Positions 30,307-38,178 of a stretch of DNA of 64,000 bases are shown here, in pieces. Under the pieces are notes generated by a model. The model was not told where the DNA came from and ran no database searches. It saw only the letters and a program-made list of their open reading frames with translations. This DNA comes from an uncultured Oscillospiraceae bacterium. GTDB taxonomy: Bacteria; Bacillota; Clostridia; UMGS1883. Location of the stretch: assembly GCA_964390145.1 (NCBI GenBank), contig CAYMHB010000003.1, positions 3,145-67,144 of the forward strand, read 5' to 3'. A program made the translations under genes and the position numbers. Every line of letters starts with the position of its first letter. Positions within the stretch are counted from its first letter, which is position 1.

Positions 30307-32460
30307 GTGAGTAAGAACATTTCCCTTTGGAACGACTATGATAAAGAAAATCTGCGCTATGAACATGATTTCCCGCCGTCATTCCCCTGGAGTAAAGTAA
30401 AAAGTGAAGATGTACCGCGCTATGTGAAAGGCGAGGATAATTACTACTATGTACCTTCACAGCGTGAAAGCGGAAAAGCGCTTCTTTCTCTTACGGGCGA
30501 CCTTATGTGCGAACCCAAGATGTGCCGCAAAAACAGATATGGAGACACCTTCCTTTTCCATCCGTGCTTTCAGTATGTACGCAAGATTTTTAAGTCATCT
30601 GACCTTGTTATCGGCAATCTTGAAACGACTATTACCGACCAGACTCCCTATGCAGGCGAGTATCATGTAATTCCTGTGCGTGACCGTTTTAAATACCATT
30701 GTAACGGCCCCGAAAGTTATCTTGATGCAGTCCGTTATGCAGGCTACGACGTCCTTATAAATGCCAACAATCACAACTGCGATTCGGGTGTATCCGGCCT
30801 TTTTGAAACCCTTCAAAAAATGGATAAGCACAATTTCCTCCGTACCGGCGCATTTCTTCCGGGGGATGACCGCGTGCTTCTTGTAAAAGTTCACGGAATA
30901 AAGATTGCAATCCTTTCTTACGGAACCCGATACAACGACCTTGACGATTACTACTGGACACAAGAGGGTATTGATAATGTGCTCAACTATTTCTCTCCCG
31001 AAAAGGCTCGCGCAGATGTGAGATATGCTCGCGAAATGGGTGCGGAATTTGTAATAGCGTATATCCATTGGGGAAACGACTACGAACTTGAACCTAATGA
31101 ATCCCAGATGGCAATTCTCCCCGAACTTGCAGAGTCGGGAGTAGACTACATAGTAGGTAGTCACACGCATTGTCTTCAAAATTTTGATAAATACACGACG
31201 TCAAGCGGAAAGGTGGTTCCGCTTACATTCTCTATGGGTAATTTCGTAACTAACGAGATTAAGGAACTGTGTAAGCATACGGGCATTCTTCAACTTGTGT
31301 TAGAGCGTAAGAATGGAGAAATACAGGTCAGCGAATACTTTATGCCCTGCTATGTTTTTGATGAAATGGGCAGCGGAAAATATACGGTTGTTCCCGTTGA
31401 CAGTTTTTACGGAGGTGTTGACTGTCCAAAACTGCGTGATGTCCGTAAGTATGTGAAAGACCGTATTCGCGCGGATATTCCTGAGCCTGTATCTTCGGCG
31501 ATTACTCTTGCGGAAGTTTGCAGGATTATTGGTGCGGATCCCCCTGAAAACAGCGAGTACACACCTGTTACAAAGATTTTTATTCGTCCGTATGCAGTGA
31601 CCGAAGGCGCGCTTTATTTTGCAAACGGCGATGAGGATAATCAGGAGAAATTACTTATAAAATCATACTTTGCTTCAGCAGTTGTCACAAAGGAGGAGTG
31701 GGACGGAATAAAAACTGTCATTTGCGAAGATCCTCTTGCGGCGTATGAAAAGGTTGCAAGGCATCTGCGCGCTCGTTTTGACGCAAAAATGGTGCTTATC
31801 GCAGGCGGATATAATAAGACGGAAATTCGTGAAAAACTTTCATATGCACTTTCGGAAAAATACAGCGTACTCACGCAAAAGGACGAGGTGCATATTGATT
31901 CGTCCGCGTGGCAGAATCTTCATCCGTATCACGATTACTGCGTGATGGAAATCCGTCCCGATGAGTCTGCTGATGTATTGAGTCGGGTTATAAACCCCGA
32001 ATTGTGTATCTTTACGGGCAGAATTTCTATGAATCAGGAAGAAAATGATACCTATGCAAAAATGCTTGCAGACGGACTTAAAGAGAATGGAAAACTCTTC
32101 TATAACGCAGAGGATGAAATTGTCGTAGGCGCAGTAGAGAAGCTTGCTGTAAAAAAAATTCCCTTTACACTCGGAGCATTCGCAGAGGAAACAGGTATCA
32201 GTACAGATGCATTTGACGGTTGCAAGAATGAAAGTCTCCATAAGAACGAATTTAAACTTGACGGAATCAATCTTATAATAGACACCCGTGCGAAGATGCG
32301 TAAAGATATAGAAAAACTCATTGACAAGGCGTCTGAAAAGGGTGAATTCATCGCAGTTCTTGGAACAACCGATATTGATGATGCTGACCTTACAGAGTAT
32401 GCTATGAAAAAAGGAGTAAAACTTATCATAAACGCAGAAAAAGACGAGCGTGACAAGTAA
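30307..32460 (+). CDS. CapA-family metallophosphatase fused to a MurF-like (Mur ligase) region with a degenerate P-loop
   Basis: Residues 1-380 carry CapA motifs (GNLETTIT, NANNHNCDSG, YIHWGNDYE, GSHTHCLQ). Residues ~390-717 run parallel to MurF domain by domain, but GGYNKTE replaces G(S/T)NGKT. The start codon is GTG. Confidence 0.7.
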   Translation: MSKNISLWNDYDKENLRYEHDFPPSFPWSKVKSEDVPRYVKGEDNYYYVPSQRESGKALLSLTGDLMCEPKMCRKNRYGDTFLFHPCFQYVRKIFKSSDLVIGNLETTITDQTPYAGEYHVIPVRDRFKYHCNGPESYLDAVRYAGYDVLINANNHNCDSGVSGLFETLQKMDKHNFLRTGAFLPGDDRVLLVKVHGIKIAILSYGTRYNDLDDYYWTQEGIDNVLNYFSPEKARADVRYAREMGAEFVIAYIHWGNDYELEPNESQMAILPELAESGVDYIVGSHTHCLQNFDKYTTSSGKVVPLTFSMGNFVTNEIKELCKHTGILQLVLERKNGEIQVSEYFMPCYVFDEMGSGKYTVVPVDSFYGGVDCPKLRDVRKYVKDRIRADIPEPVSSAITLAEVCRIIGADPPENSEYTPVTKIFIRPYAVTEGALYFANGDEDNQEKLLIKSYFASAVVTKEEWDGIKTVICEDPLAAYEKVARHLRARFDAKMVLIAGGYNKTEIREKLSYALSEKYSVLTQKDEVHIDSSAWQNLHPYHDYCVMEIRPDESADVLSRVINPELCIFTGRISMNQEENDTYAKMLADGLKENGKLFYNAEDEIVVGAVEKLAVKKIPFTLGAFAEETGISTDAFDGCKNESLHKNEFKLDGINLIIDTRAKMRKDIEKLIDKASEKGEFIAVLGTTDIDDADLTEYAMKKGVKLIINAEKDERDK

Positions 32461-32463
32461 ATA

Positions 32464-32589
32464 ATGCTACTTGCCAACATGAAAGCAGGGGATACCCTCC
32501 TTATCTGCGGTGGAAGAAAGCATGACCTTAATATTATTGTCCGCAGAATTTTCGGACTTAATGACCATTATATAAGAGGCGGAAGATAA
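32464..32589 (+). other. 41-codon continuation of the MurF-like reading frame after an in-frame TAA (detached C-terminal end)
   Basis: It is in the same frame as 30307..32460. MLLANMKAGDTLLICGGRKHDLNIIVRRI resembles the MurF C-terminal ...ILVKGSR....E.VV motif. The transcription terminator follows this piece, not the TAA. Confidence 0.5.
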
Positions 32590-32596
32590 AGTAGTA

Positions 32597-32626
32597 AAAT
32601 AGCGAGGCAGAAGCCTCGCTATTTTA
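32597..32626 (+). terminator. Rho-independent terminator
   Basis: The hairpin is aaatagcgaggc agaa gcctcgctattt, followed by T residues. Confidence 0.75.
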
Positions 32627-32649
32627 TTGCAGAAAATTTATTTTTTTAC

Positions 32650-32678
32650 TTGACAAGAATGGGGCACTTGAATATAAT
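32650..32678 (+). promoter_or_regulatory. consensus sigma-A promoter for tRNA-Trp
   Basis: The elements are TTGACA, a 17-nt spacer, and TATAAT. The -10 element ends 17 nt upstream of the tRNA 5' end. Confidence 0.7.
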
Positions 32679-32695
32679 ATAATGGTAGCCAATAA

Positions 32696-32769
32696 AGGGG
32701 TATGATGTAATGGTAACATGCCGGTCTCCAAAACCGTTCTTGAGGGTTCGAGTCCTTCTACCCCTGCCA
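32696..32769 (+). tRNA. trnW: tRNA-Trp (anticodon CCA)
   Basis: I folded the cloverleaf by hand. The acceptor stem is AGGGGTA/TACCCCT. The anticodon loop is CTCCAAA. The T-arm is GAGGG-TTCGAGT-CCTTC. The CCA end is encoded. Confidence 0.9.
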
Positions 32770-32812
32770 AATAAAAGAAAGAGATACCTTGCGTATCTCT
32801 TTCTTTTATTTT
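32769..32812 (+). terminator. long Rho-independent terminator after tRNA-Trp
   Basis: A 19-bp stem, aaataaaagaaagagatac / gtatctctttcttttattt, is present. Confidence 0.75.
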
Positions 32813-32980
32813 AGTTAGAAAGGACTCGAACCCAGAGTGGGAACCGAGCCTGAGCGCTGCCAGTGGCAGGTGAAGCGAAGGCGCAGGGTTGTGCAGAAAC
32901 AGGAGAGCGAAATAAAAAGATTAGCGCATAAAAAATCGCTTTACATACAATAATGAAATTGTAAATTTTTTTATATCTAC

Positions 32981-33009
32981 TTGACAAAATATTCTAATTG
33001 CGATAAAAT
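32981..33009 (+). promoter_or_regulatory. sigma-A-type promoter for the riboswitch and ATPase transcript
   Basis: The elements are TTGACA, a 17-nt spacer, and TAAAAT. Confidence 0.55.
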
Positions 33010-33020
33010 CACATATAATC

Positions 33021-33150
33021 TTATAGGGAGTAGTTAGCGCTTTTAATAAGCGTGTCAAGTCAACATATACACGGCGATTATATCGCTTGGCTTGAATTAA
33101 AAGACGAGACTATATGTAAGCAGAATGCTATACATATGGTCTTATTTTTT
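33021..33150 (+). promoter_or_regulatory. yybP-ykoY-like (Mn2+) riboswitch with an intrinsic terminator expression platform
   Basis: The P1 stem pairs TATAG (33022-26) with CTATA (33110-14). Conserved-looking elements are GGGAGTAG (33026-33), CAACATA (33061-67) and AAGACGAGAC (33101-10). Internal hairpins lie at 33037-53 and 33074-86. The terminator is gactatatgta/tacatatggtc plus a T7 run (33108-50), and its 5' arm overlaps the P1 3' strand. Confidence 0.6.
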
Positions 33151-33188
33151 TATGTGTAGCAAAATAAATTACCGAAAGGAAGATTATT

Positions 33189-35810
33189 GTGAAACACTAT
33201 CTCGAAGAAAAAGAAACCGTACTTTCTGCGCTTTCATCCTCGGAAAGCACAGGACTTTCAGAAACGGAGGCAGCCTCGCGTCTGGAAAAAAACGGTAAGA
33301 ACAAACTGATTGAGGGAAAGAAAAAGACTCTTTTTCAGAAACTTATTGCACAGATAGCAGACCCGATGGTGCTTGTGCTTATCGGTGCAGCCGTTGTGTC
33401 ACTTATTACCTCTCTTATAGAGGGAGAAGCGCCGACAGATGTTTTTATCATCCTTGCAGTTGTAGTACTTAATACAGTTTTGGGCGTTCTGCAGGAAAAC
33501 AAGGCGGAAAAAGCAATTGACGCACTTAAGGAAATGGCGGCCGCAACATCCAAGGTTATCCGTGGTGGAAAGCATATGGTTGTTAAAAGCGAAGACCTTG
33601 TTGTTGGCGATATTGTAATACTGGAAGCAGGCGATGCAGTTCCTGCTGACGGCAGAATTATGGAATCTGCAAGCCTTAAAATCGAAGAAGCAGCCCTTAC
33701 AGGAGAGTCTGTTCCGTCAGATAAATTTGACTACTCGCTGACTGCCGCTGAAAACGGCGATGTCCCGCTCGGCGACAGAAAGAATATGTGCTATATGGGA
33801 AGTGTTGTTGTTTACGGCAGAGGAACAATGCTGGTAACCGCAACGGGAATGGATACCGAAATGGGCAAGATAGCAACAGCCATAACTCAGGCAGAAGAGG
33901 GCGAAACCCCTCTTCAGAAGAGACTCTCGCAGCTAAGCGCGCTTCTTACAAAACTTGTTTTGGGTATATGTGTATTTATGTTCCTGTTTACCCTTGTGAG
34001 AAACGGAAAATTCGATGTTCACACAACCCTTGATACATTTATGCTTGCTGTCAGCCTTGCAGTAGCAGCAATTCCCGAAGGACTTGCCGCAGTTGTAACA
34101 ATCGTTCTTTCGATGGGTGTTACCAAAATGTCAAAGCAAAAGGCAATCATCCGCCGTCTGACAGCGGTTGAAACACTTGGCTGTACGCAGATTATCTGCT
34201 CAGATAAAACAGGTACGCTTACACAGAATAAAATGACTGTGGTTGATTTCTGGAGTGAAGATGAGAAGTTCCTTGCAACAGGAATGGCTCTTTGTTCTGA
34301 TGCACAGCCCGACGAAAACGGAGAAGCAACGGGCGAACCTACTGAGTGTGCGCTCGTGAACTATGCAACAAAACTCGGACTTGACAAAAAAGATTTGAGT
34401 AAAAAGATGCCCCGTATCGGAGAAGTTCCGTTTGATTCAGGAAGAAAAATGATGTCAACAATTCATAAAGTTGACGAAGAAATCATTCAATACACAAAGG
34501 GCGCGCCGGACGAACTGCTTGCAAGATGTACGCATATTTTAGAAGGCGGAAAAGCGGTGACTCTTACTGATGAATTGCGTGAAAAGGTTCTTGCAAAGAA
34601 TAAAGAATTTGCATCACAGGCACTCAGAGTTCTTGCGTGCGCGTATAAAATGCATGCAGAGGTTCCGAAAATATATACTTCAGACGAACTCGAAAAAAAT
34701 ATGGCGTTTATGGGTCTTGTCGGTATGATCGACCCTGTAAGACCCGAAGTTACTGCGGCGGTAAGCGAATGTACAAAAGCGGGTATCCGCCCGATAATGA
34801 TAACAGGCGACCACAAGGATACAGCAGTTGCCATTGCAAAAACACTGGGTATTATAACTGACGCATCAGAGGCAATAACAGGTGCAGAAATTGATAAATA
34901 TAGTGACGAAGAGTTTAATGAAATTGTCACAAAATATTCAGTTTATGCACGTGTTCAGCCTGAACACAAGGTTCGAATTGTAAATGCATGGCGTAAACTC
35001 GGCTGTGTTACTGCTATGACAGGTGACGGTGTAAACGATGCTCCCTCAATCAAAAATGCAGATATTGGTATCGGCATGGGTATAACCGGTACCGATGTTA
35101 CAAAGAATGTCGCAGATATGATTCTTGCAGACGATAACTTTGCTACAATCGTAAGTGCCGTTGCAGAAGGAAGAAGAATCTTTGATAATATCTGTAAATG
35201 TATACAGTTCCTTCTTTCATCAAATCTGAGTGAGGTTATAAGCATATTCATCGCAACACTTTGCGGTTTTACGATATTGAAGCCTGCTCACATTCTCTTT
35301 ATAAACCTTGTAACAGACTCACTTCCCGCACTTGCGCTCGGCGCGGAAAAGGCAGAGCCTGACATTATGACAAGAAAACCAAGAAAGAGCGATGAGGGAA
35401 TTTTTGCAAACGGTCTTGGTGTGAATGTTGCATATCAGGGTATTATGGTATCGGTAATTACGCTCGCTGCGTATTTTATAGGTCATTATATCGAGTCAGG
35501 CGTATGGGAAATCACTCAGAGTTCCGACGGTATGACAATGGCATTTTTAGCAATGTCAATGGCGGAAATATTCCACTCATTCAATATGCGTTCTCACGGC
35601 TCAATATTTAAGCTGAAAACACAGAACTTGCTCCTTTGGGGTACTATGGTTCTCTCACTTGCATTGACATCAGCACTCATATTCGTACCTGCCCTGAGAA
35701 GTATTTTTGATTTTGAAGCAATCAGCATACTCGAATATGCTGTGGCCCTTCTGCTTGCCCTTGCTACAATACCTATTGTTGAAGTTGTAAAATTATTCAG
35801 AAGAAAATAA
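33189..35810 (+). CDS. cation-translocating P-type ATPase (P2-type, Ca2+/Mn2+-like)
   Basis: The motifs are CSDKTGTLTQN, TGDHKDTA and TGDGVNDAPSIKNADIGIGMG, and there are 10 predicted TM segments. The start is GTG, with GAAAGGAAG upstream. Confidence 0.9.
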   Translation: MKHYLEEKETVLSALSSSESTGLSETEAASRLEKNGKNKLIEGKKKTLFQKLIAQIADPMVLVLIGAAVVSLITSLIEGEAPTDVFIILAVVVLNTVLGVLQENKAEKAIDALKEMAAATSKVIRGGKHMVVKSEDLVVGDIVILEAGDAVPADGRIMESASLKIEEAALTGESVPSDKFDYSLTAAENGDVPLGDRKNMCYMGSVVVYGRGTMLVTATGMDTEMGKIATAITQAEEGETPLQKRLSQLSALLTKLVLGICVFMFLFTLVRNGKFDVHTTLDTFMLAVSLAVAAIPEGLAAVVTIVLSMGVTKMSKQKAIIRRLTAVETLGCTQIICSDKTGTLTQNKMTVVDFWSEDEKFLATGMALCSDAQPDENGEATGEPTECALVNYATKLGLDKKDLSKKMPRIGEVPFDSGRKMMSTIHKVDEEIIQYTKGAPDELLARCTHILEGGKAVTLTDELREKVLAKNKEFASQALRVLACAYKMHAEVPKIYTSDELEKNMAFMGLVGMIDPVRPEVTAAVSECTKAGIRPIMITGDHKDTAVAIAKTLGIITDASEAITGAEIDKYSDEEFNEIVTKYSVYARVQPEHKVRIVNAWRKLGCVTAMTGDGVNDAPSIKNADIGIGMGITGTDVTKNVADMILADDNFATIVSAVAEGRRIFDNICKCIQFLLSSNLSEVISIFIATLCGFTILKPAHILFINLVTDSLPALALGAEKAEPDIMTRKPRKSDEGIFANGLGVNVAYQGIMVSVITLAAYFIGHYIESGVWEITQSSDGMTMAFLAMSMAEIFHSFNMRSHGSIFKLKTQNLLLWGTMVLSLALTSALIFVPALRSIFDFEAISILEYAVALLLALATIPIVEVVKLFRRK

Positions 35811-35907
35811 AAAGATGGCAGACGAGGAAAAAGGAAGGTAAATTTGCTCAACACGAACTCGTCGGCGTACGAGGGTACGATAGAGGGCGTGTTGAACGAA
35901 AGCAAGC

Positions 35908-35942
35908 AAAAGCCCTGAAAATTGCAATTTTCAGGGCTTTTT
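35908..35942 (+). terminator. Rho-independent terminator after the ATPase
   Basis: A perfect palindrome, aaaagccctgaaaattg|caattttcagggctttt, is present. Confidence 0.8.
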
Positions 35943-36060
35943 ATTATGTGGTTGATAGTGGTTTTTTGTTTTTATCAGTTTATCGAAAATTTTCAAACCC
36001 TGCAAAAAAATATTTATTTTTATATTTTGCTTGCGCTTGACCGACTTTTTCGACAATCTG

Positions 36061-36098
36061 AGATGGCAGACACAAATTTTTTGTGTCTGCCATCTTTT
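36061..36098. terminator. 15-bp hairpin next to the 3' end of the 36100..36783 gene; the T-run is on the plus side
   Basis: The hairpin is agatggcagacacaa atttt ttgtgtctgccatct, followed by tttgtt. On the minus strand it is not followed by a U-run. Confidence 0.45.
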
Positions 36099-36099
36099 G

Positions 36100-36783
36100 T
36101 TACTCAAACCATTTTTCAATATTAAATCTGTTCTTAAATTCGAACCTGCTATCAAGAAAATTTGAAATTTTCCCGATTAAAGTGCCATTTATCAGCGCGC
36201 AGACTATTGTTCCGATTCCTACTCCGCGGAATACAAACCATCCAAAAAACGCGAACGAAAGAACAAGCGCTATCAATGTGCTTATACAGTCATAAATTGT
36301 CTTTACTTTATTGATATCACAAGAAAACTTTTTGGAAAATTCCTTTACAATCAGTTCATACGCCTCGGGAGATATGTATGTATGGAAGAAAAGAGATACT
36401 GCCGTTGCACATAATAAGGTGCCGATTATAAACCACAGTATGCGTATTGCAATCAGCCCGTCAGGAAGAGAGGTGAGAAGATACATTGCACCATCTAACA
36501 CCGTTCCGTAGAGTAATGCTGTCACAAAAGAAAACAGATAAGATACTTTGAATTTGCGCATTACAAGGGCGATAATGACGATGATAAGTCCCTGAACAAA
36601 ATACTCAGCAACACCAAAAGAAAACCACGGCAAAAATTCTGATACCTTCAGGTGCAGAGCATATGTAGGTGCTACTACCATCGACATTCCGAAATTTGCC
36701 AGTTCGGTAAACGCTGCTCCGAATGCCATAATAATAAGTCCCAGAACATAAGAAATTTCAGCATAAAAAACAGGTTTTTTCAT
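36100..36783 (-). CDS. polytopic membrane protein (possibly YczE/DUF6198-like; tentative)
   Basis: It has 6 or more hydrophobic segments. The family name is only a weak recollection. Confidence 0.5.
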   Translation of the reverse strand: MKKPVFYAEISYVLGLIIMAFGAAFTELANFGMSMVVAPTYALHLKVSEFLPWFSFGVAEYFVQGLIIVIIALVMRKFKVSYLFSFVTALLYGTVLDGAMYLLTSLPDGLIAIRILWFIIGTLLCATAVSLFFHTYISPEAYELIVKEFSKKFSCDINKVKTIYDCISTLIALVLSFAFFGWFVFRGVGIGTIVCALINGTLIGKISNFLDSRFEFKNRFNIEKWFE

Positions 36784-36826
36784 TACTTTGAACTCCTAAA
36801 AATCTTTTGTAAACTTGTAAATATGG

Positions 36827-37570
36827 TTACTTTCTTAGTTTTCTGCAGTACTGAGTACAGAGTTTATCGGTACATTCTGAACATTTGAGAGCCATATTAC
36901 TGTTTTCCCAGAACCTTTCCGGGTAAGTAAATACACATAATTCCCAGACAAGCCAGATAAGAAATGCCAGTAAAACAAGAGACCAGGAATAAAAACTGTT
37001 TACTGTTACAATCGGGAGAAACATCATCAGGTGGTCCCAGTTGAAAATTCTGCATGTAGTGCAGCACTTATTTTTCATTATAAGCCTGAAAGGGCACCAT
37101 ATAAGAACGCAGATAAGATCACATACATAAAAGAATACTGACACTAAAATCATCATACCTGTATCTATTATTCCGCCTAAATGCAGAATACTGATTACAA
37201 GGGTAAGTAAAACCCATATTATCATCACTTTGTACGCGGATAGAGTAGTGTCTTTTATATACTTCTTCAGACTTTTGTAGTTGATTTTTTCCTTTATAGG
37301 TATGAAAAGAGACTCAAAAACTTTCTGCGAACCTATCGAAATATGTGCTTTTATGGGAGTAAGCTGCAAAACCATATCCCAAACCCATATTATCCACAAA
37401 AGATGAAGAACCGAAAACTCAGTAAAAAAATTAAAACCGTAAACTATATTAAATTGTTTTTTGTCAAATACATATATCAGCACTGCGACGAGAAAAACTA
37501 TTATTCTGCCCAGCAGCCTTAAAAAATATATTTTTCGTGTTTTTGATGTCCTGTTTATATTTTCTTTCAT
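36827..37570 (-). CDS. uncharacterised polytopic membrane protein with Cys-rich motifs
   Basis: The motifs are KNKCCTTCRIFNWDH and a C-terminal CSECTDKLCTQYC. I do not recognise a family. Confidence 0.5.
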   Translation of the reverse strand: MKENINRTSKTRKIYFLRLLGRIIVFLVAVLIYVFDKKQFNIVYGFNFFTEFSVLHLLWIIWVWDMVLQLTPIKAHISIGSQKVFESLFIPIKEKINYKSLKKYIKDTTLSAYKVMIIWVLLTLVISILHLGGIIDTGMMILVSVFFYVCDLICVLIWCPFRLIMKNKCCTTCRIFNWDHLMMFLPIVTVNSFYSWSLVLLAFLIWLVWELCVFTYPERFWENSNMALKCSECTDKLCTQYCRKLRK

Positions 37571-37595
37571 CAGGTAAATATTCTCCGTATCGCTA

Positions 37596-38102
37596 TCAGA
37601 TTATCTCAATCTGTACTGCTTTCATTGCCTCAAGCGCCGTATTGTGGCTTTCAACGCTGACGCCGGCGCAACAAGTGCTGTCAACTATAATCTTTGCTTC
37701 GGGAAATGTCGCTTTTAATATTATGGCATTTGAAATTACGCAGATATCCGTACATAATCCGCAAAGTTCAATTTCCTCAATTTCGTGACCGCATTTTTTT
37801 AAAATCTGCGGTAAATCCATACTTCCGAATGTTACCTTGTCAACAACATCGGTTGCAAAACTCTCTAATTCATCGCAAATCTGCCACCCGTCAGTTTCTT
37901 TTATACAATGACGGACAGGAAGTTTTTTGCCCTCCTGTGTATCAAGATAATCTTCAAAATGAGTATCTCTTGTGAAAATCACTTTGCCGTCAAAGGTCTT
38001 GACTTTTTCAACCACATTTGGAACAATGGCTTCTGCAAGCGTACTGCCGAGGCTTCCTGTTATAAAATCGATTTGCATATCAACAACTATTAAATATTTC
38101 AA
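37596..38102 (-). CDS. isochorismatase-family cysteine hydrolase (nicotinamidase/pyrazinamidase-like)
   Basis: The motifs are VVDMQIDF, a conserved Lys region, and GLCTDICV containing the catalytic Cys. Confidence 0.8.
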   Translation of the reverse strand: MKYLIVVDMQIDFITGSLGSTLAEAIVPNVVEKVKTFDGKVIFTRDTHFEDYLDTQEGKKLPVRHCIKETDGWQICDELESFATDVVDKVTFGSMDLPQILKKCGHEIEEIELCGLCTDICVISNAIILKATFPEAKIIVDSTCCAGVSVESHNTALEAMKAVQIEII

Positions 38103-38178
38103 TTTGACTTCTCCTTATTTGCTATTGTGTAAAAATTCTCCGAACATTCTAACATATACAGCAGATGATTTCAAGATT

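Noticed and set aside
30047-30460. A 137-aa minus-strand ORF spanning the GNAT/DUF896/CapA junction.
   Set aside because: It overlaps three plus-strand genes with good RBSs, and the 55-aa DUF896 ORF explains the gap.
32855-32895. An SRP (4.5S) RNA-like motif, GGCAGGTGAAGCGAAGGCGCAGGG.
   Set aside because: It resembles the helix-8 AGG..GAAG..GCAG pattern only superficially. I could not build a GNRA tetraloop closed by a proper stem, or a long closing helix.
32814-32900. A possible minus-strand tRNA gene, suggested by GGACTCGAACCC, the reverse complement of a T-loop.
   Set aside because: I folded it by hand. The would-be T-stem (CTGGG/CCTTT) pairs at only 3 of 5 positions. The 3' acceptor strand (CTAACTA) has no complementary 5' strand ~70 nt upstream. 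At best it is a tRNA fragment, and I reported it as such.
35922-36125. A 67-aa plus-strand ORF.
   Set aside because: It starts inside the ATPase terminator hairpin, has no RBS, is AT-rich and low-complexity, and runs through a second hairpin.
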